From IMG/VR virus record IMGVR_UViG_3300012933_000236, positions 1 to 64,000 of that record: a stretch of 64,000 nt of DNA; one strand, 5' to 3'. Positions 44,043 through 53,719 of the stretch are shown in pieces; within the stretch, counting starts at the first letter, position 1, and the number at the start of each line of letters is the position of its first letter. Source of the DNA: a virus. Its lineage: Duplodnaviria > Heunggongvirae > Uroviricota > Caudoviricetes. The translations under genes and the position numbers were made by a program. The notes below the pieces were generated by a model that saw nothing but the letters and a program-made list of their open reading frames with translations, did no database searches and was not told where the DNA came from.

Positions 44043-44510
44043 ATGACTAGAAGAACAAGAAGTTTACTTATTGATAATACATTCGGTAAAATATTTACAG
44101 GTATTAGTAAAACATCAGAAGGTGCTGCTGATAAATTAATTGCAGGAACAAAACTATTAACAAAATCAATTACACAAAATCAGAGATTTGTTGTTGTTCC
44201 TGTTAACAATTTAGGAAATGGTCAAGGACTTATTTTATCTGCGAGTGAATCTCTTTTGACCCAAATAAGAATTAGTGTATTTGTTGCATCATCAGGTCAA
44301 CCTGTTAGTATTTTATTATTAAAAGGCACAAGTTACGCTACTTCTACACAATTAGGTACATACAGTCTTGCTGCAGGATCAAAAGTAGCTTCATTCAATG
44401 TTTCACATCAGATATTATCAGGTGAGAAACTATTTGTAAATATCATACAATCAGGATCAACACGTAGAGCTACTGGTTTATCTTTAAGTTTCATTTATTA
44501 CGGAGCATAA
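44043..44510 (+). CDS. hypothetical structural protein
   Basis: 155 aa. Confidence 0.5.
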   Translation: MTRRTRSLLIDNTFGKIFTGISKTSEGAADKLIAGTKLLTKSITQNQRFVVVPVNNLGNGQGLILSASESLLTQIRISVFVASSGQPVSILLLKGTSYATSTQLGTYSLAAGSKVASFNVSHQILSGEKLFVNIIQSGSTRRATGLSLSFIYYGA

Positions 44511-44511
44511 T

Positions 44512-44718
44512 ATGAACGATCAACAAATTCTCGATTATTTTGGTAATCATATTATTTATAATTTTAACGGAAACCAAGATGAGTTTCTTTCAGTTTTAGC
44601 TGATAAGAATGTTAATTATATTATTACATCATATTCAATTTATTTTATTAGCAGTGAAGTTTTAGTAACAGATGACCGAATTACGGTTTTCGCAGATAAT
44701 ACTCAAGGGGTAGCTTAA
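44512..44718 (+). CDS. hypothetical protein
   Basis: 68 aa. Confidence 0.45.
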   Translation: MNDQQILDYFGNHIIYNFNGNQDEFLSVLADKNVNYIITSYSIYFISSEVLVTDDRITVFADNTQGVA

Positions 44719-45764
44719 TGTACGCAAAATTAGTAGTAGGTCCATCAAATATTAGCGCAGTTCGTGCAATGCGCGATATTGGCAGATTAATTACATCAGA
44801 AAATCCAAGTCTAGCTTTAGTTACAGCATTTAATAAAACATCTTCTGTTATAGTTGATCCTACTCCTGCGGGTTGGACTTATGTTGGTGGACTTAATGCA
44901 AGTGATCAACCATCTATTGCAGCAGTTAATTCAGCAGCAGATACTACTTCTCCTTATGGTTATACAACTGATGTAAATTATAATTTAGGATTTTCAGCAC
45001 CTTGTTTAAATAGAGAATCACGATTAAAATATGCTGTTCTTAGTCTTGTGTGGAGAGGCGCACCTGCCGCAGCATATACATTTTCACTTACAGCGGCAGC
45101 AAGTATTGCTACAAACGGTGGAACTACCAATGAAGGACCAAGAGTTGGTGCTGGTTCCATTGAAGGTATTGGTGAAACCAATCCTTTGGCAATTTGGAGC
45201 GCAGCAAATCAAATTCTCCATGTAATTGCGACTCCTCGTCATATTACAATTATTCAAGAAGGTAGAGGTTTATCTGCTGTTTGGGAATCAACCAATACTG
45301 AAGTACACGATTTTTATAATAAACCAGCAGTCGTTCAATATAATCATACTCAATGGTCAACTACTAGACATCCTATTCTTGTACCCACTGGTTATACAAC
45401 AACTCAACTTCCCGGATGGATGGCAATTGCTATCGGTGTAACTAATGTTAATAATGGAACTTTCTACGGTACTTATGACATATCAGAAAATGCAACTGCA
45501 AATCTTGGTATTTTAGCTCAGGCATCTGCAAGTTATAGAAATAATTCTATTGATTCTGCAGGTAATCCGAAATATCAAATCTCACCAATATATTATCAGA
45601 TTGGAGAGTTGGGTTATCCTACACAGTTTGTAACGGGAGTTGTGCCGATATATTGGACTCGTGGTAATATTGGTACAACAGGTGATACAGTTGATGTAAG
45701 TGGTGATACCTATACTTTCTTTAATTGTGGTACTGGTTTTGGTGTAATTATGAAGACTACTTAA
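44718..45764 (+). CDS. hypothetical structural protein
   Basis: 348 aa, T/G/N-rich and beta-rich. Confidence 0.5.
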   Translation: MYAKLVVGPSNISAVRAMRDIGRLITSENPSLALVTAFNKTSSVIVDPTPAGWTYVGGLNASDQPSIAAVNSAADTTSPYGYTTDVNYNLGFSAPCLNRESRLKYAVLSLVWRGAPAAAYTFSLTAAASIATNGGTTNEGPRVGAGSIEGIGETNPLAIWSAANQILHVIATPRHITIIQEGRGLSAVWESTNTEVHDFYNKPAVVQYNHTQWSTTRHPILVPTGYTTTQLPGWMAIAIGVTNVNNGTFYGTYDISENATANLGILAQASASYRNNSIDSAGNPKYQISPIYYQIGELGYPTQFVTGVVPIYWTRGNIGTTGDTVDVSGDTYTFFNCGTGFGVIMKTT

Positions 45765-45766
45765 TA

Positions 45767-45937
45767 TGGCAGCACTATCATTAACTATTCAAACAATAGA
45801 TCAAACTAGATGGGCAACTTTAGAATCAATTCAGGAATATCTAAAAGCTGAAGCAACAAAAAGGTTGTCAATCTCACTGGACCCTTTGATTGATCCAAAT
45901 ATTATTAATCCAGAAGAAGCTTATTCTTTTGACTAAG
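45767..45937 (+). CDS. small hypothetical protein (56 aa)
   Basis: MAALSLTIQTIDQTRWATLESIQEYLKAEA... Confidence 0.3.
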
Positions 45938-45951
45938 GATTTAAGAATTTT

Positions 45952-46365
45952 ATGACAACTTTAAATTTTCCTTCAAGTCCTAGTGTAGATGATGAATATA
46001 CTTTCGGATCAAAAACATGGGTTTGGAATGGTTCAGCATGGTATTTAAAACAGAATCAACCCCTGCTAATTCTTGATCTAATAAAAACAGTAGATGGTCA
46101 TAACAGTGGTTTAGACGCAGATTTGTTAGATGGTAATCACGCTAGTAATTATTTAACTACTACAGGCAATGCAGCAAGTGCTACTGTGTTGCAAACTGCA
46201 AGAACAATTAACGGTGTGTCTTTCGATGGTTCCGCAAATATTAATATAGCAACAAAACTGACTATTTTAAATAGAGCTAGTGCATCTGTGGATATAAGTA
46301 TAACAAATGGATTATTATCTATTTTAAATAGAGTAGGTTCAACAATTAACGTAGCTGTGAGCTAA
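45952..46365 (+). CDS. fibre protein with Phage_fiber_2 repeat
   Basis: 137 aa with LQTARTINGVSFDGSANINIA. Confidence 0.55.
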   Translation: MTTLNFPSSPSVDDEYTFGSKTWVWNGSAWYLKQNQPLLILDLIKTVDGHNSGLDADLLDGNHASNYLTTTGNAASATVLQTARTINGVSFDGSANINIATKLTILNRASASVDISITNGLLSILNRVGSTINVAVS

Positions 46366-46374
46366 AGGAGAAAT

Positions 46375-46761
46375 ATGGCAATACGATATCCGTTAGTCTT
46401 AAACGGTACAACAATTCAAGAAATTCAAGCAACAGATGTTTTATTATCAACAAGTGTAGACATAAAGACAGCTATACCTGCAAGTAATATTGACCTAAAT
46501 ACTGGTAATTTTTTTACTAGAACAATATCAGGTGCAACTACACTTACTGTTTCTAATGTTGTATCTTCTGGTAATACAAATAGTTTTATATTAGAATTGA
46601 CAAATGCAGGTTCTGCTGCAATTACTTGGTTCTCTGGTGTAAAGTGGACAGGTGGCACAGCACCCGCTTTGACTTCATCTGGTGTAGATATTTTAGCATT
46701 TTATACACATGATGGTGGAACAAATTGGCGCGGTATGCTTTTATCTAAGGATAATAAGTAA
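46375..46761 (+). CDS. fibre-associated protein sharing its C-terminal domain with the 60728 gene
   Basis: 128 aa. NIDLNTGNFFTRTISGATTLTVSNV...AGSAAITWFSGVKWTGGTAPALTSSG is nearly identical to the C-terminus of the 245-aa tail protein. Confidence 0.55.
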   Translation: MAIRYPLVLNGTTIQEIQATDVLLSTSVDIKTAIPASNIDLNTGNFFTRTISGATTLTVSNVVSSGNTNSFILELTNAGSAAITWFSGVKWTGGTAPALTSSGVDILAFYTHDGGTNWRGMLLSKDNK

Positions 46762-46853
46762 TATTGAGTATGAGATTTAATCCTTAAGATATATTTCTCT
46801 TGATTTTACTATAAAATTATGGTATAATTATGTTTATACATTTACAATAAGAG

Positions 46854-47657
46854 GTGAGCATGGAAACAGTAAATAAAGCTAAAAGTTTTGCTCCCACAGA
46901 TGCAATGCGAAATAATGCTAGACGAGGTTTGGCATTACGTGAAAAATGGAATCGTGGTGGACTAGACGCTTCTCAAGCTAGTGCAGAGGGAGTAGGTTCT
47001 GGAGTAGCTAGAGCAAGAGACATTATTAACGGTAATCTTAGTTTAGATACAGTTAAACGCATGTACGCTTTCTTTAGCAGACACGAAAAGAATTATGCAC
47101 CAAAGAAGAAAATGCCTGATGGTGGACCAACTGCTGGTACTATCGCTTGGTTACTTTGGGGTGGTTCTGCTGGTTTAGCATTTGCTAGACGAGTATTAAA
47201 AGAAGAAGAAATTCTAAAAAGTTATATCAAAGATATTACAGATGAAGAAGTAAATTCTGAAGATAGTTTACTGGGAGTAAAACTTCCAATTACAAAAGCA
47301 GTTGACGAAGAATTAAAACAAGCTACATTTATTGTAATGACACCTGAAGAAACTGATCTACATGGTGACATTACCAGTGAAGCAGAAGTTCGTAAGGCTT
47401 GTCACAATTTCAATAAATACAGTATGAAAGCTAATTTGTTTCACTTAGTTGAAACTGATACTTTCGAATTCTGTGAAAGCTATTGCTGCCCTAGTGATTT
47501 TGTCTTAGGTGATAAATTTGTAAAAAAAGGTACTTGGTTAGCAACTATTCAATCCTTAGATGACAATCTTTGGGAATTAATCAAGTCTGGTGAAATCAAT
47601 GGTTTGAGTATTGGTGCTTTAGCATCTGTTGAATCAATCGAAGAGGATGATGAATAA
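46854..47657 (+). CDS. putative prohead protease / head maturation protein (XkdF-like)
   Basis: 267 aa. N-terminal ARRGLALREKWNRGG...GVARARDIINGNLSLDTVKRMYAFFSRHE domain and C-terminal ETDLHGD region. Sits upstream of scaffold, as gpC does in lambda. Confidence 0.4.
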   Translation: MSMETVNKAKSFAPTDAMRNNARRGLALREKWNRGGLDASQASAEGVGSGVARARDIINGNLSLDTVKRMYAFFSRHEKNYAPKKKMPDGGPTAGTIAWLLWGGSAGLAFARRVLKEEEILKSYIKDITDEEVNSEDSLLGVKLPITKAVDEELKQATFIVMTPEETDLHGDITSEAEVRKACHNFNKYSMKANLFHLVETDTFEFCESYCCPSDFVLGDKFVKKGTWLATIQSLDDNLWELIKSGEINGLSIGALASVESIEEDDE

Positions 47658-48634
47658 TGGCAACACAACGAAAAGCTAAAAGAAAACTATCAGATATTAG
47701 TTTTGAAAAAGAAGGCGCTCACGTAGCACTTACCAGTAAGCAACAAGGTGGACCTGCTAATGGTCACGATTATGCACTAGTACTAAAAGCTAATAAATTT
47801 AGCGAAGAGTTTGTACAAAAGATGCAACAGGTTCGTGTAACTATGGAACTACCTGATTTCTTACGCAAGTTCTTTTCCGTATATTACGAAGATGCCGAAG
47901 TTTTAGCTCGTATGATGGGTTACGAAAAACCGGAAATGACTGAAGAAGTCAAAACACAAGATTATGAAGATTATATTCAATCAAAATTAGAAGCATTTGA
48001 AATTCTGAAATCTGCTAATGATTCAGAGAGTTTATCACAAGTGTTATCTGATTTAGATGAAAATGAATATTTGGCGATGCTCAATGATCAAGAACGAATT
48101 GAAAAAGCTCTTTTTGATATTGAGAAATCTGCAAAAGAATCTGCACCTACTGCTTCTGCAGACGGTAATGATACCTCAACAAACGCTGGCGTTGAGAATA
48201 TTGAAGGGGTGTCTACCTCTGTTAACAAAGAAGAATTGGAGAAATCTAAGATGGAAGACGAAGTAAAAGTCGAAACCGTTGAAAAAGCTCAATTTGAACT
48301 TGTACAAAAAGCTTTAGAAGAGCAAAAAGTACAACTACAAAAAGCTATGGAAACAATCGCTCAATTTGAAGCTGAGAAAAAAGAAGCTATCAATAAAGCG
48401 AAAACTGAAAAAGTTAAAGCTATCGTTAAAGACGAAAGCAAAGTAGAAGCAATCGCTAAGGCTGTAGAATCCGAAGATGATTTTACAGCATTCCTCGCCG
48501 CAATGGAAGCGATGATGACTACTGTTGAAACATCTGAGATGTTCGTAGAAAAAGGTGCTTCAACTCAAGAAGAAACCGTTGTTAAAGAATCTGCTGTGGC
48601 AAAATTACTTAAAGCCAAGCAAGTAACTAAGTAA
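47657..48634 (+). CDS. scaffolding protein (putative)
   Basis: 325 aa, acidic, E/K-rich coiled coil, immediately upstream of the decoration and capsid genes. Confidence 0.5.
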   Translation: MATQRKAKRKLSDISFEKEGAHVALTSKQQGGPANGHDYALVLKANKFSEEFVQKMQQVRVTMELPDFLRKFFSVYYEDAEVLARMMGYEKPEMTEEVKTQDYEDYIQSKLEAFEILKSANDSESLSQVLSDLDENEYLAMLNDQERIEKALFDIEKSAKESAPTASADGNDTSTNAGVENIEGVSTSVNKEELEKSKMEDEVKVETVEKAQFELVQKALEEQKVQLQKAMETIAQFEAEKKEAINKAKTEKVKAIVKDESKVEAIAKAVESEDDFTAFLAAMEAMMTTVETSEMFVEKGASTQEETVVKESAVAKLLKAKQVTK

Positions 48635-48649
48635 TAAAAGGAAAATAAA

Positions 48650-49045
48650 ATGCCATTAATCGCAACAGAAGCTAAACGTCTTTCTAACGTTGTCAAACAA
48701 GAACTATTCCCTGAATCTGCCTACTGCCGTGTAGCTGTAACCTATAATGGTACTGCTGCTGCTCTAGTTCCCGGTACTGTTCTCGGTAAAGTCACTACTG
48801 GTGGTAAGTACAAAATTGCTGTGCAAACTGCTACCGATGGTTCAGAAGTTGCTGACGCTATCGTGATGGTTGAACAAACCGTTGCTGCTACCACTGACAC
48901 AAAGGTTCTATGCCTAGTTCGTGGTCCTGCTATCGTATCCAAGGCTGGTCTAGTTCTAGATGCAACCTACAATACTGATGCTGAATTAGCCGCTGTATAC
49001 GCTGCTCTAGAAGCCAAGGGTATTCTCTGCAACGATGCAGTTTAA
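48650..49045 (+). CDS. head decoration protein (gpD-like, putative)
   Basis: 131 aa, A/V/T-rich, directly upstream of the capsid gene. Confidence 0.45.
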   Translation: MPLIATEAKRLSNVVKQELFPESAYCRVAVTYNGTAAALVPGTVLGKVTTGGKYKIAVQTATDGSEVADAIVMVEQTVAATTDTKVLCLVRGPAIVSKAGLVLDATYNTDAELAAVYAALEAKGILCNDAV

Positions 49046-49082
49046 TATCTAAATTACCGAACAATAAAACAAGGAAATTATA

Positions 49083-50096
49083 ATGCAAACTCGTAGTTTT
49101 GAAAAACCATTTGAACTAGTCGATTACACAGAAGAACTACTCTTAGTTCCTAATAAGTGGGGCTTGATCAATGAATTAGGTCTATTCGGTGAAGAAGGCG
49201 TAGCTCAACACAGCGTTACCGTTGAATCCAGCGAAGGTACTCTCGGTCTAGTTACCGACAAAATCCGTGGTGAGCGTAACAACGTAGCTAAGAGCGACAC
49301 ACGCGCTTTACGTTCATTCGCCATTCCACACTTTCCAATGGATGATGCAGTTAAGCCTGAAGATGTCCAAGGTAAACGTGCTTATGGTTCTGCTGATCAA
49401 GCTGAAACCGAAGCTGCTGTTATCGCTCGTAAACTAGAGCGTATCCGCATGAACCACTCAGTAACTCTAGAAGCTGCTCGTGCCTATGCAATTACTGTTG
49501 GTGCTATCTACGCTCCTAACGGTACTGTAGCTGGTAACTTCTACACTGATTTCGGTATCACACGTAAGTCTATTGACTTCGTACTCGGTACTTCCACTAC
49601 TGACCTAAACGCTAAGTCAGAAGAAGGTATTGCTCACATTCAGGACACAATCCAGAGTGGTGAAGTTGTTAGCAACATTATCGTACTATGCTCTCCAGCA
49701 TTCTTCGCTAAGTTGATTAACCACGCTACCGTCAAAGAAGCTTACAAGTACTACACAAGCACTCAAGAGCCTCTACGTAACCGTCTAGGTTCTGGTGTAT
49801 ATCGCCGTTTCGTACACGGTGGTGTTGAGTACATCGAATACCGTGGTTCTTACAATGGTACTGCTCTAATCCCTGCTGGTGAAGCTTACATGCTACCACA
49901 AGGTACTTCTGACATGTTCAAGACTTACTTTAGCCCTGCTAACAAGTTCTCACATGTTAACACCATTGGTGAGCAAGCTTATGTATTCACTTACAAAGAC
50001 CCTAAAGACAGCGAAATTCAGATTCAATCAGAAGCTAACTTCTTGAACTTGATTCGCCGCCCACAAGCTGTTGTTCAATTGACAACTTCTAACTGA
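49083..50096 (+). CDS. major capsid protein (lambda gpE-like family)
   Basis: 337 aa, high-expression codon usage, followed by tandem terminator hairpins. Confidence 0.75.
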   Translation: MQTRSFEKPFELVDYTEELLLVPNKWGLINELGLFGEEGVAQHSVTVESSEGTLGLVTDKIRGERNNVAKSDTRALRSFAIPHFPMDDAVKPEDVQGKRAYGSADQAETEAAVIARKLERIRMNHSVTLEAARAYAITVGAIYAPNGTVAGNFYTDFGITRKSIDFVLGTSTTDLNAKSEEGIAHIQDTIQSGEVVSNIIVLCSPAFFAKLINHATVKEAYKYYTSTQEPLRNRLGSGVYRRFVHGGVEYIEYRGSYNGTALIPAGEAYMLPQGTSDMFKTYFSPANKFSHVNTIGEQAYVFTYKDPKDSEIQIQSEANFLNLIRRPQAVVQLTTSN

Positions 50097-50101
50097 TGAT
50101 T

Positions 50102-50155
50102 GCCCTTCGGGGCTTTCTAAAGTAAACTTAGATTCCCTCTTCGGAGGGGTCTAAT
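50102..50155 (+). terminator. tandem rho-independent terminators after the capsid gene
   Basis: GCCCTTCGGGGC followed by TTTCT, then CCCTCTTCGGAGGGG followed by TCTAAT. Confidence 0.6.
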
Positions 50156-50229
50156 ATAAAAACTATGTGTAACATTACTAGTGTTGTATTTAGTTTTTAT
50201 ATTAGATATATTTATATAAGGAATAATAA

Positions 50230-50637
50230 ATGGCTACAATCCAAGACCTTCGCTATGAACTAGGTGATACTTCAGCCGAATTCCCGATTATGAGTGATGC
50301 TGAGTACACTTATTTTTTGACTAAGAATTCAGGTGTTCTTTACCGATCTGCAATGGATGCTGCAAAAAGCATTATGCTTAAGCTTTCAATGCGTACTGAT
50401 GAAACAGTAGATATCTTTAGTATTAAAGGTGCTTCTGCTGCTAAGAACTACATGCAAGCTTTGCAAATGTATATTAAGAATCCTGACCTAAATGCAATGT
50501 ATGATAAAGTACAAGGTTATGCTGGTGGTATCTCAAAAGCAGATATGCAAGCTAACGATTCTAACTTAGATAATAACATTGTTGTGCAACCTACTGACGA
50601 AACATTTACATACCGCCCAAGTTCATTCGGTATTTAA
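50230..50637 (+). CDS. head-tail connector protein (putative)
   Basis: 135 aa, by position. Confidence 0.4.
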   Translation: MATIQDLRYELGDTSAEFPIMSDAEYTYFLTKNSGVLYRSAMDAAKSIMLKLSMRTDETVDIFSIKGASAAKNYMQALQMYIKNPDLNAMYDKVQGYAGGISKADMQANDSNLDNNIVVQPTDETFTYRPSSFGI

Positions 50638-50651
50638 GCCAAGGAAATACT

Positions 50652-51008
50652 ATGGATAAATACTTAGCGATAGCACTCAAAGCAATTAGTACTCACGGTA
50701 AAACTTGCAGCTACACCATAGTAACTGAAGGTTCTTATGATATTGAGACAGGTAGTACAACCAACACAGAAACATCATATTCTGTTAAAATGTATAAGAA
50801 GCACGTTAGAGCAAGTCAATATAACTTTCCAAATATGATCGGCAGAGATTCTGCTCTATTCTATTTACCCAATAATAACTTGGGTTTTGTACCTGCACCT
50901 ACAGATAAGATCACAATTGATTCTATTACTTATACAGTAGATTCTGTTACAGAACATGCTGCTGATGGTCTTGTAATTTTATACAAAATATTAACTGTAA
51001 AAGGTTAA
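50652..51008 (+). CDS. head-tail joining protein (putative)
   Basis: 118 aa, by position. Confidence 0.4.
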   Translation: MDKYLAIALKAISTHGKTCSYTIVTEGSYDIETGSTTNTETSYSVKMYKKHVRASQYNFPNMIGRDSALFYLPNNNLGFVPAPTDKITIDSITYTVDSVTEHAADGLVILYKILTVKG

Positions 51009-51010
51009 CC

Positions 51011-51502
51011 ATGCAAGTTACATGTGATACTTCAAAACTAGAACAAAGCTTAAAGAAGTTCCATGAAGAAGCTGTTCGTAAAATGCAAGGTATGGTTCAA
51101 AAGTTTTCATATATTGTTGCATGGACTGCTATTGATAATACACCTCTTGGTGATTCTATAAAATGGGAATCATTATATTTGAAGCGTGAAAAATCTATTG
51201 GTTTAGAGCCAATTGAAGGTTTTGCTAAAGGTTCTTGGCGAGTATCAATGGATGGTACATTAGAAATGCAAACTCTATATGGTCAAGATTCTGATGAAAT
51301 GGCTGCTTCTCTAATTAGACAAGACTTGAATCAGTATAAACTTGGTGAGACTGTAATGATCAGTAACTTTGGTCCTTATATTGTAGAGTTAGAGAAAAAC
51401 TTTACGAGATACAATAAACAACAACCAATTGTACAACCAACTATGGAATCTGTTTACAGAACATATCAGTTGAGTTTAGATGATTATTATAAGGCAAGTT
51501 AA
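51011..51502 (+). CDS. neck/tail completion protein (putative)
   Basis: 163 aa, by position. Confidence 0.4.
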   Translation: MQVTCDTSKLEQSLKKFHEEAVRKMQGMVQKFSYIVAWTAIDNTPLGDSIKWESLYLKREKSIGLEPIEGFAKGSWRVSMDGTLEMQTLYGQDSDEMAASLIRQDLNQYKLGETVMISNFGPYIVELEKNFTRYNKQQPIVQPTMESVYRTYQLSLDDYYKAS

Positions 51503-51909
51503 TGGCAATACTAGAAATTAAAAGAGCAGCCGAAAGAAAACTGAACACATTAAGTCCTGTATTACCTACAGCTTATGAAGGTGTTACTTTTAATCCTCCT
51601 AATGGATTATATCAAAGAGTGCAGTTTACTATTCAAACTCCAGATGATCCTGTGCTTGGTACAGGCTTTCACAGAGAAAGAGTAACAATGCAGATATTCA
51701 TAGTCGGTGCTGCAAACAAAGGAACCTCAGAAGTAATTACTCGTGCTGAATTGATTAGAAATCATTTTGCAAAAGGTTTGGTGCTTCAAGAAGGTAATGT
51801 AAAAATACACGTATTAAAAACTCCGCAAGTTGCTGGAAATACAGTTGTATCTGAAAGAGTAATTTGTCCTGTGCTAATTGAATTAGTTGCAGAAATCTAT
51901 TCTTATTGA
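51502..51909 (+). CDS. tail terminator protein (putative)
   Basis: 135 aa, by position, immediately before the major tail gene. Confidence 0.4.
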   Translation: MAILEIKRAAERKLNTLSPVLPTAYEGVTFNPPNGLYQRVQFTIQTPDDPVLGTGFHRERVTMQIFIVGAANKGTSEVITRAELIRNHFAKGLVLQEGNVKIHVLKTPQVAGNTVVSERVICPVLIELVAEIYSY

Positions 51910-51973
51910 AAACAAGGTTGCTGAACCTAAACCAGCGCATTTGCAAATGCTAAATTTAAATTAAGGAAATAAT

Positions 51974-53179
51974 ATGACAATTTCAAAAGGTACAGCCAAG
52001 CAGGTTGCTTACAAAAAGGAAACTACATTTGGTACTCTAGCAGGTAATACTTCTGGTAAACTATTGCGTAGAGTTACAGCTAACTTTAACTTGGTAAAAG
52101 AAGCTTATGAATCAGCCGAAATTCGTGTTGATCGTCAGGTAGCTGATTTCCGTCACGGTGTTCGTTCTGCTGAAGGTACTCTAAATGGTGAACTCTCTTC
52201 AGCTTCATATGCTGACTTTATGGGTTCTATCGTAGGTAAAGATTTTGCTGCTGTTACACTCGGTTCTGCTGTTCAAACTACAGTTACTGCTGTTGGTACA
52301 ACATACACTCTAGTTCGTTCAACTGGTTCATGGTTAACTGATGGTATTCGTGTTGGTATGGTTATTCGTGCCAGTGGTTTGACTGCTACTGCTGATAACG
52401 GTAAAAACTTACTAGTTGCATCCTTGACTGCAACAAATGCTGTTGTAGTGCCTCTAAATGGTTCTACCATCACTGCACAAGCTGTAGCAAGTTCAGTTAC
52501 ACTAACTACTCCCGGTAAACAAACCTTTGTACCTGCAACTGGTCACACTGACGATTCTTACACTGTAGAAGAGTTTTATTCTGACATCGCTCAGTCTGAA
52601 GTATACACAGGTATGAAAGTTAACAACCTATCTGTTCAGTTACCTGCAACTGGTTTAACAACTGTAGATATCGGTTTTGCTGGTAAAGACTTAACTCAAG
52701 TTGGTACTAGTCAGTATTTCACATCTCCTACTGCTCAGAATTCAAACGGTATCTTTGCTGCTGTAAACGGTGTGATGCTTGTTGATGGTGCTGCCGTAGC
52801 TCTAGTTACTTCTGCAGATTTTGCAATCGAACGCGCTACTGAAAATGCTGCTGTTGTTGGTTCCAACTCTGTTGCTGATATTTTCACTGGTCGTATCCGT
52901 GTAACTGGTAACTTAAGTGTTTACTTCCAAGATGCTGCTTTCCGTGATTACTTCGATGACGAAACTCCTGTTTCAATCGTATTGACAGTAACTGCTGATA
53001 GTTCTGATGCTGCAAACTTCGTAGCGTTTACCTTACCTAAAGTTAAGCTCGGTAGTTTCACAAAAGATGACGGTGAACTTGGTCTAATCGCTTCAGCAAG
53101 CTTTCAAGCTCTATTGAACGATGTTACTAGTGCAGGTCTAGCTGCTACTACAATTCAAATTCAAGATTCTGCAGCATAA
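51974..53179 (+). CDS. major tail protein (putative)
   Basis: 401 aa, strong RBS AAGGAAA. Followed by a terminator, then the chaperone and tape-measure genes. Confidence 0.5.
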   Translation: MTISKGTAKQVAYKKETTFGTLAGNTSGKLLRRVTANFNLVKEAYESAEIRVDRQVADFRHGVRSAEGTLNGELSSASYADFMGSIVGKDFAAVTLGSAVQTTVTAVGTTYTLVRSTGSWLTDGIRVGMVIRASGLTATADNGKNLLVASLTATNAVVVPLNGSTITAQAVASSVTLTTPGKQTFVPATGHTDDSYTVEEFYSDIAQSEVYTGMKVNNLSVQLPATGLTTVDIGFAGKDLTQVGTSQYFTSPTAQNSNGIFAAVNGVMLVDGAAVALVTSADFAIERATENAAVVGSNSVADIFTGRIRVTGNLSVYFQDAAFRDYFDDETPVSIVLTVTADSSDAANFVAFTLPKVKLGSFTKDDGELGLIASASFQALLNDVTSAGLAATTIQIQDSAA

Positions 53180-53201
53180 TATTGCTAGTGTAACTTGATA
53201 A

Positions 53202-53230
53202 GCCCCGGTTAATAGCCGGGGTTTTTTTTT
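53202..53230 (+). terminator. rho-independent terminator
   Basis: AGCCCCGG-TTAATAG-CCGGGGT hairpin followed by TTTTTTTT. Confidence 0.7.
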
Positions 53231-53241
53231 GCTTACATCAC

Positions 53242-53270
53242 TTGATTTATCATAAAAAATATGCTATAAT
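53242..53270 (+). promoter_or_regulatory. sigma70-type promoter: TTGATT, 17 nt, TATAAT (TGCTATAAT extended -10)
   Basis: ttgatttatcataaaaaatatgctataat, upstream of the chaperone gene. Confidence 0.5.
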
Positions 53271-53305
53271 CAGTACTTCATTAACAATAACAGAAAGGAA
53301 CTATT

Positions 53306-53719
53306 ATGACTTTTGATCTAGCAAAACATAATTACACAGAGATTGCCGAAGTAGGCTACAAATTTGAATTGAAACTTCCCGGTACTGGTGAAGCAACTGG
53401 AGTATTCATCACAGTGCGTGGTGATCAATCTAAAACAGTTAAAGCTTTTGCTCGTAAGAAGTATGCTGAATTCAAACTACGTGAACAACAAGCTAAACGC
53501 AGAGGTAAAGATGTTGAAGACATGACCTTGGAAGAAGCTGAAGAACTTAGTATTGAATCTGCTGTTGTACGAGTCATTGGTTGGGAGAACATTACTGAAA
53601 ACGGTAAGGTCGTTACTTTCACTAAAGAAAATGCAGAAAGAATCTTTAAGGATTATCCTTGGATTAAAGAAGCGGTGATGGAGGAATCAGGTCAAATCCT
53701 GAACTTTCGATCAGAGTGA
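53306..53719 (+). CDS. tail assembly chaperone (gpG-like)
   Basis: 137 aa, immediately upstream of the tape-measure gene. RBS AAAGGAA. Confidence 0.6.
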   Translation: MTFDLAKHNYTEIAEVGYKFELKLPGTGEATGVFITVRGDQSKTVKAFARKKYAEFKLREQQAKRRGKDVEDMTLEEAEELSIESAVVRVIGWENITENGKVVTFTKENAERIFKDYPWIKEAVMEESGQILNFRSE

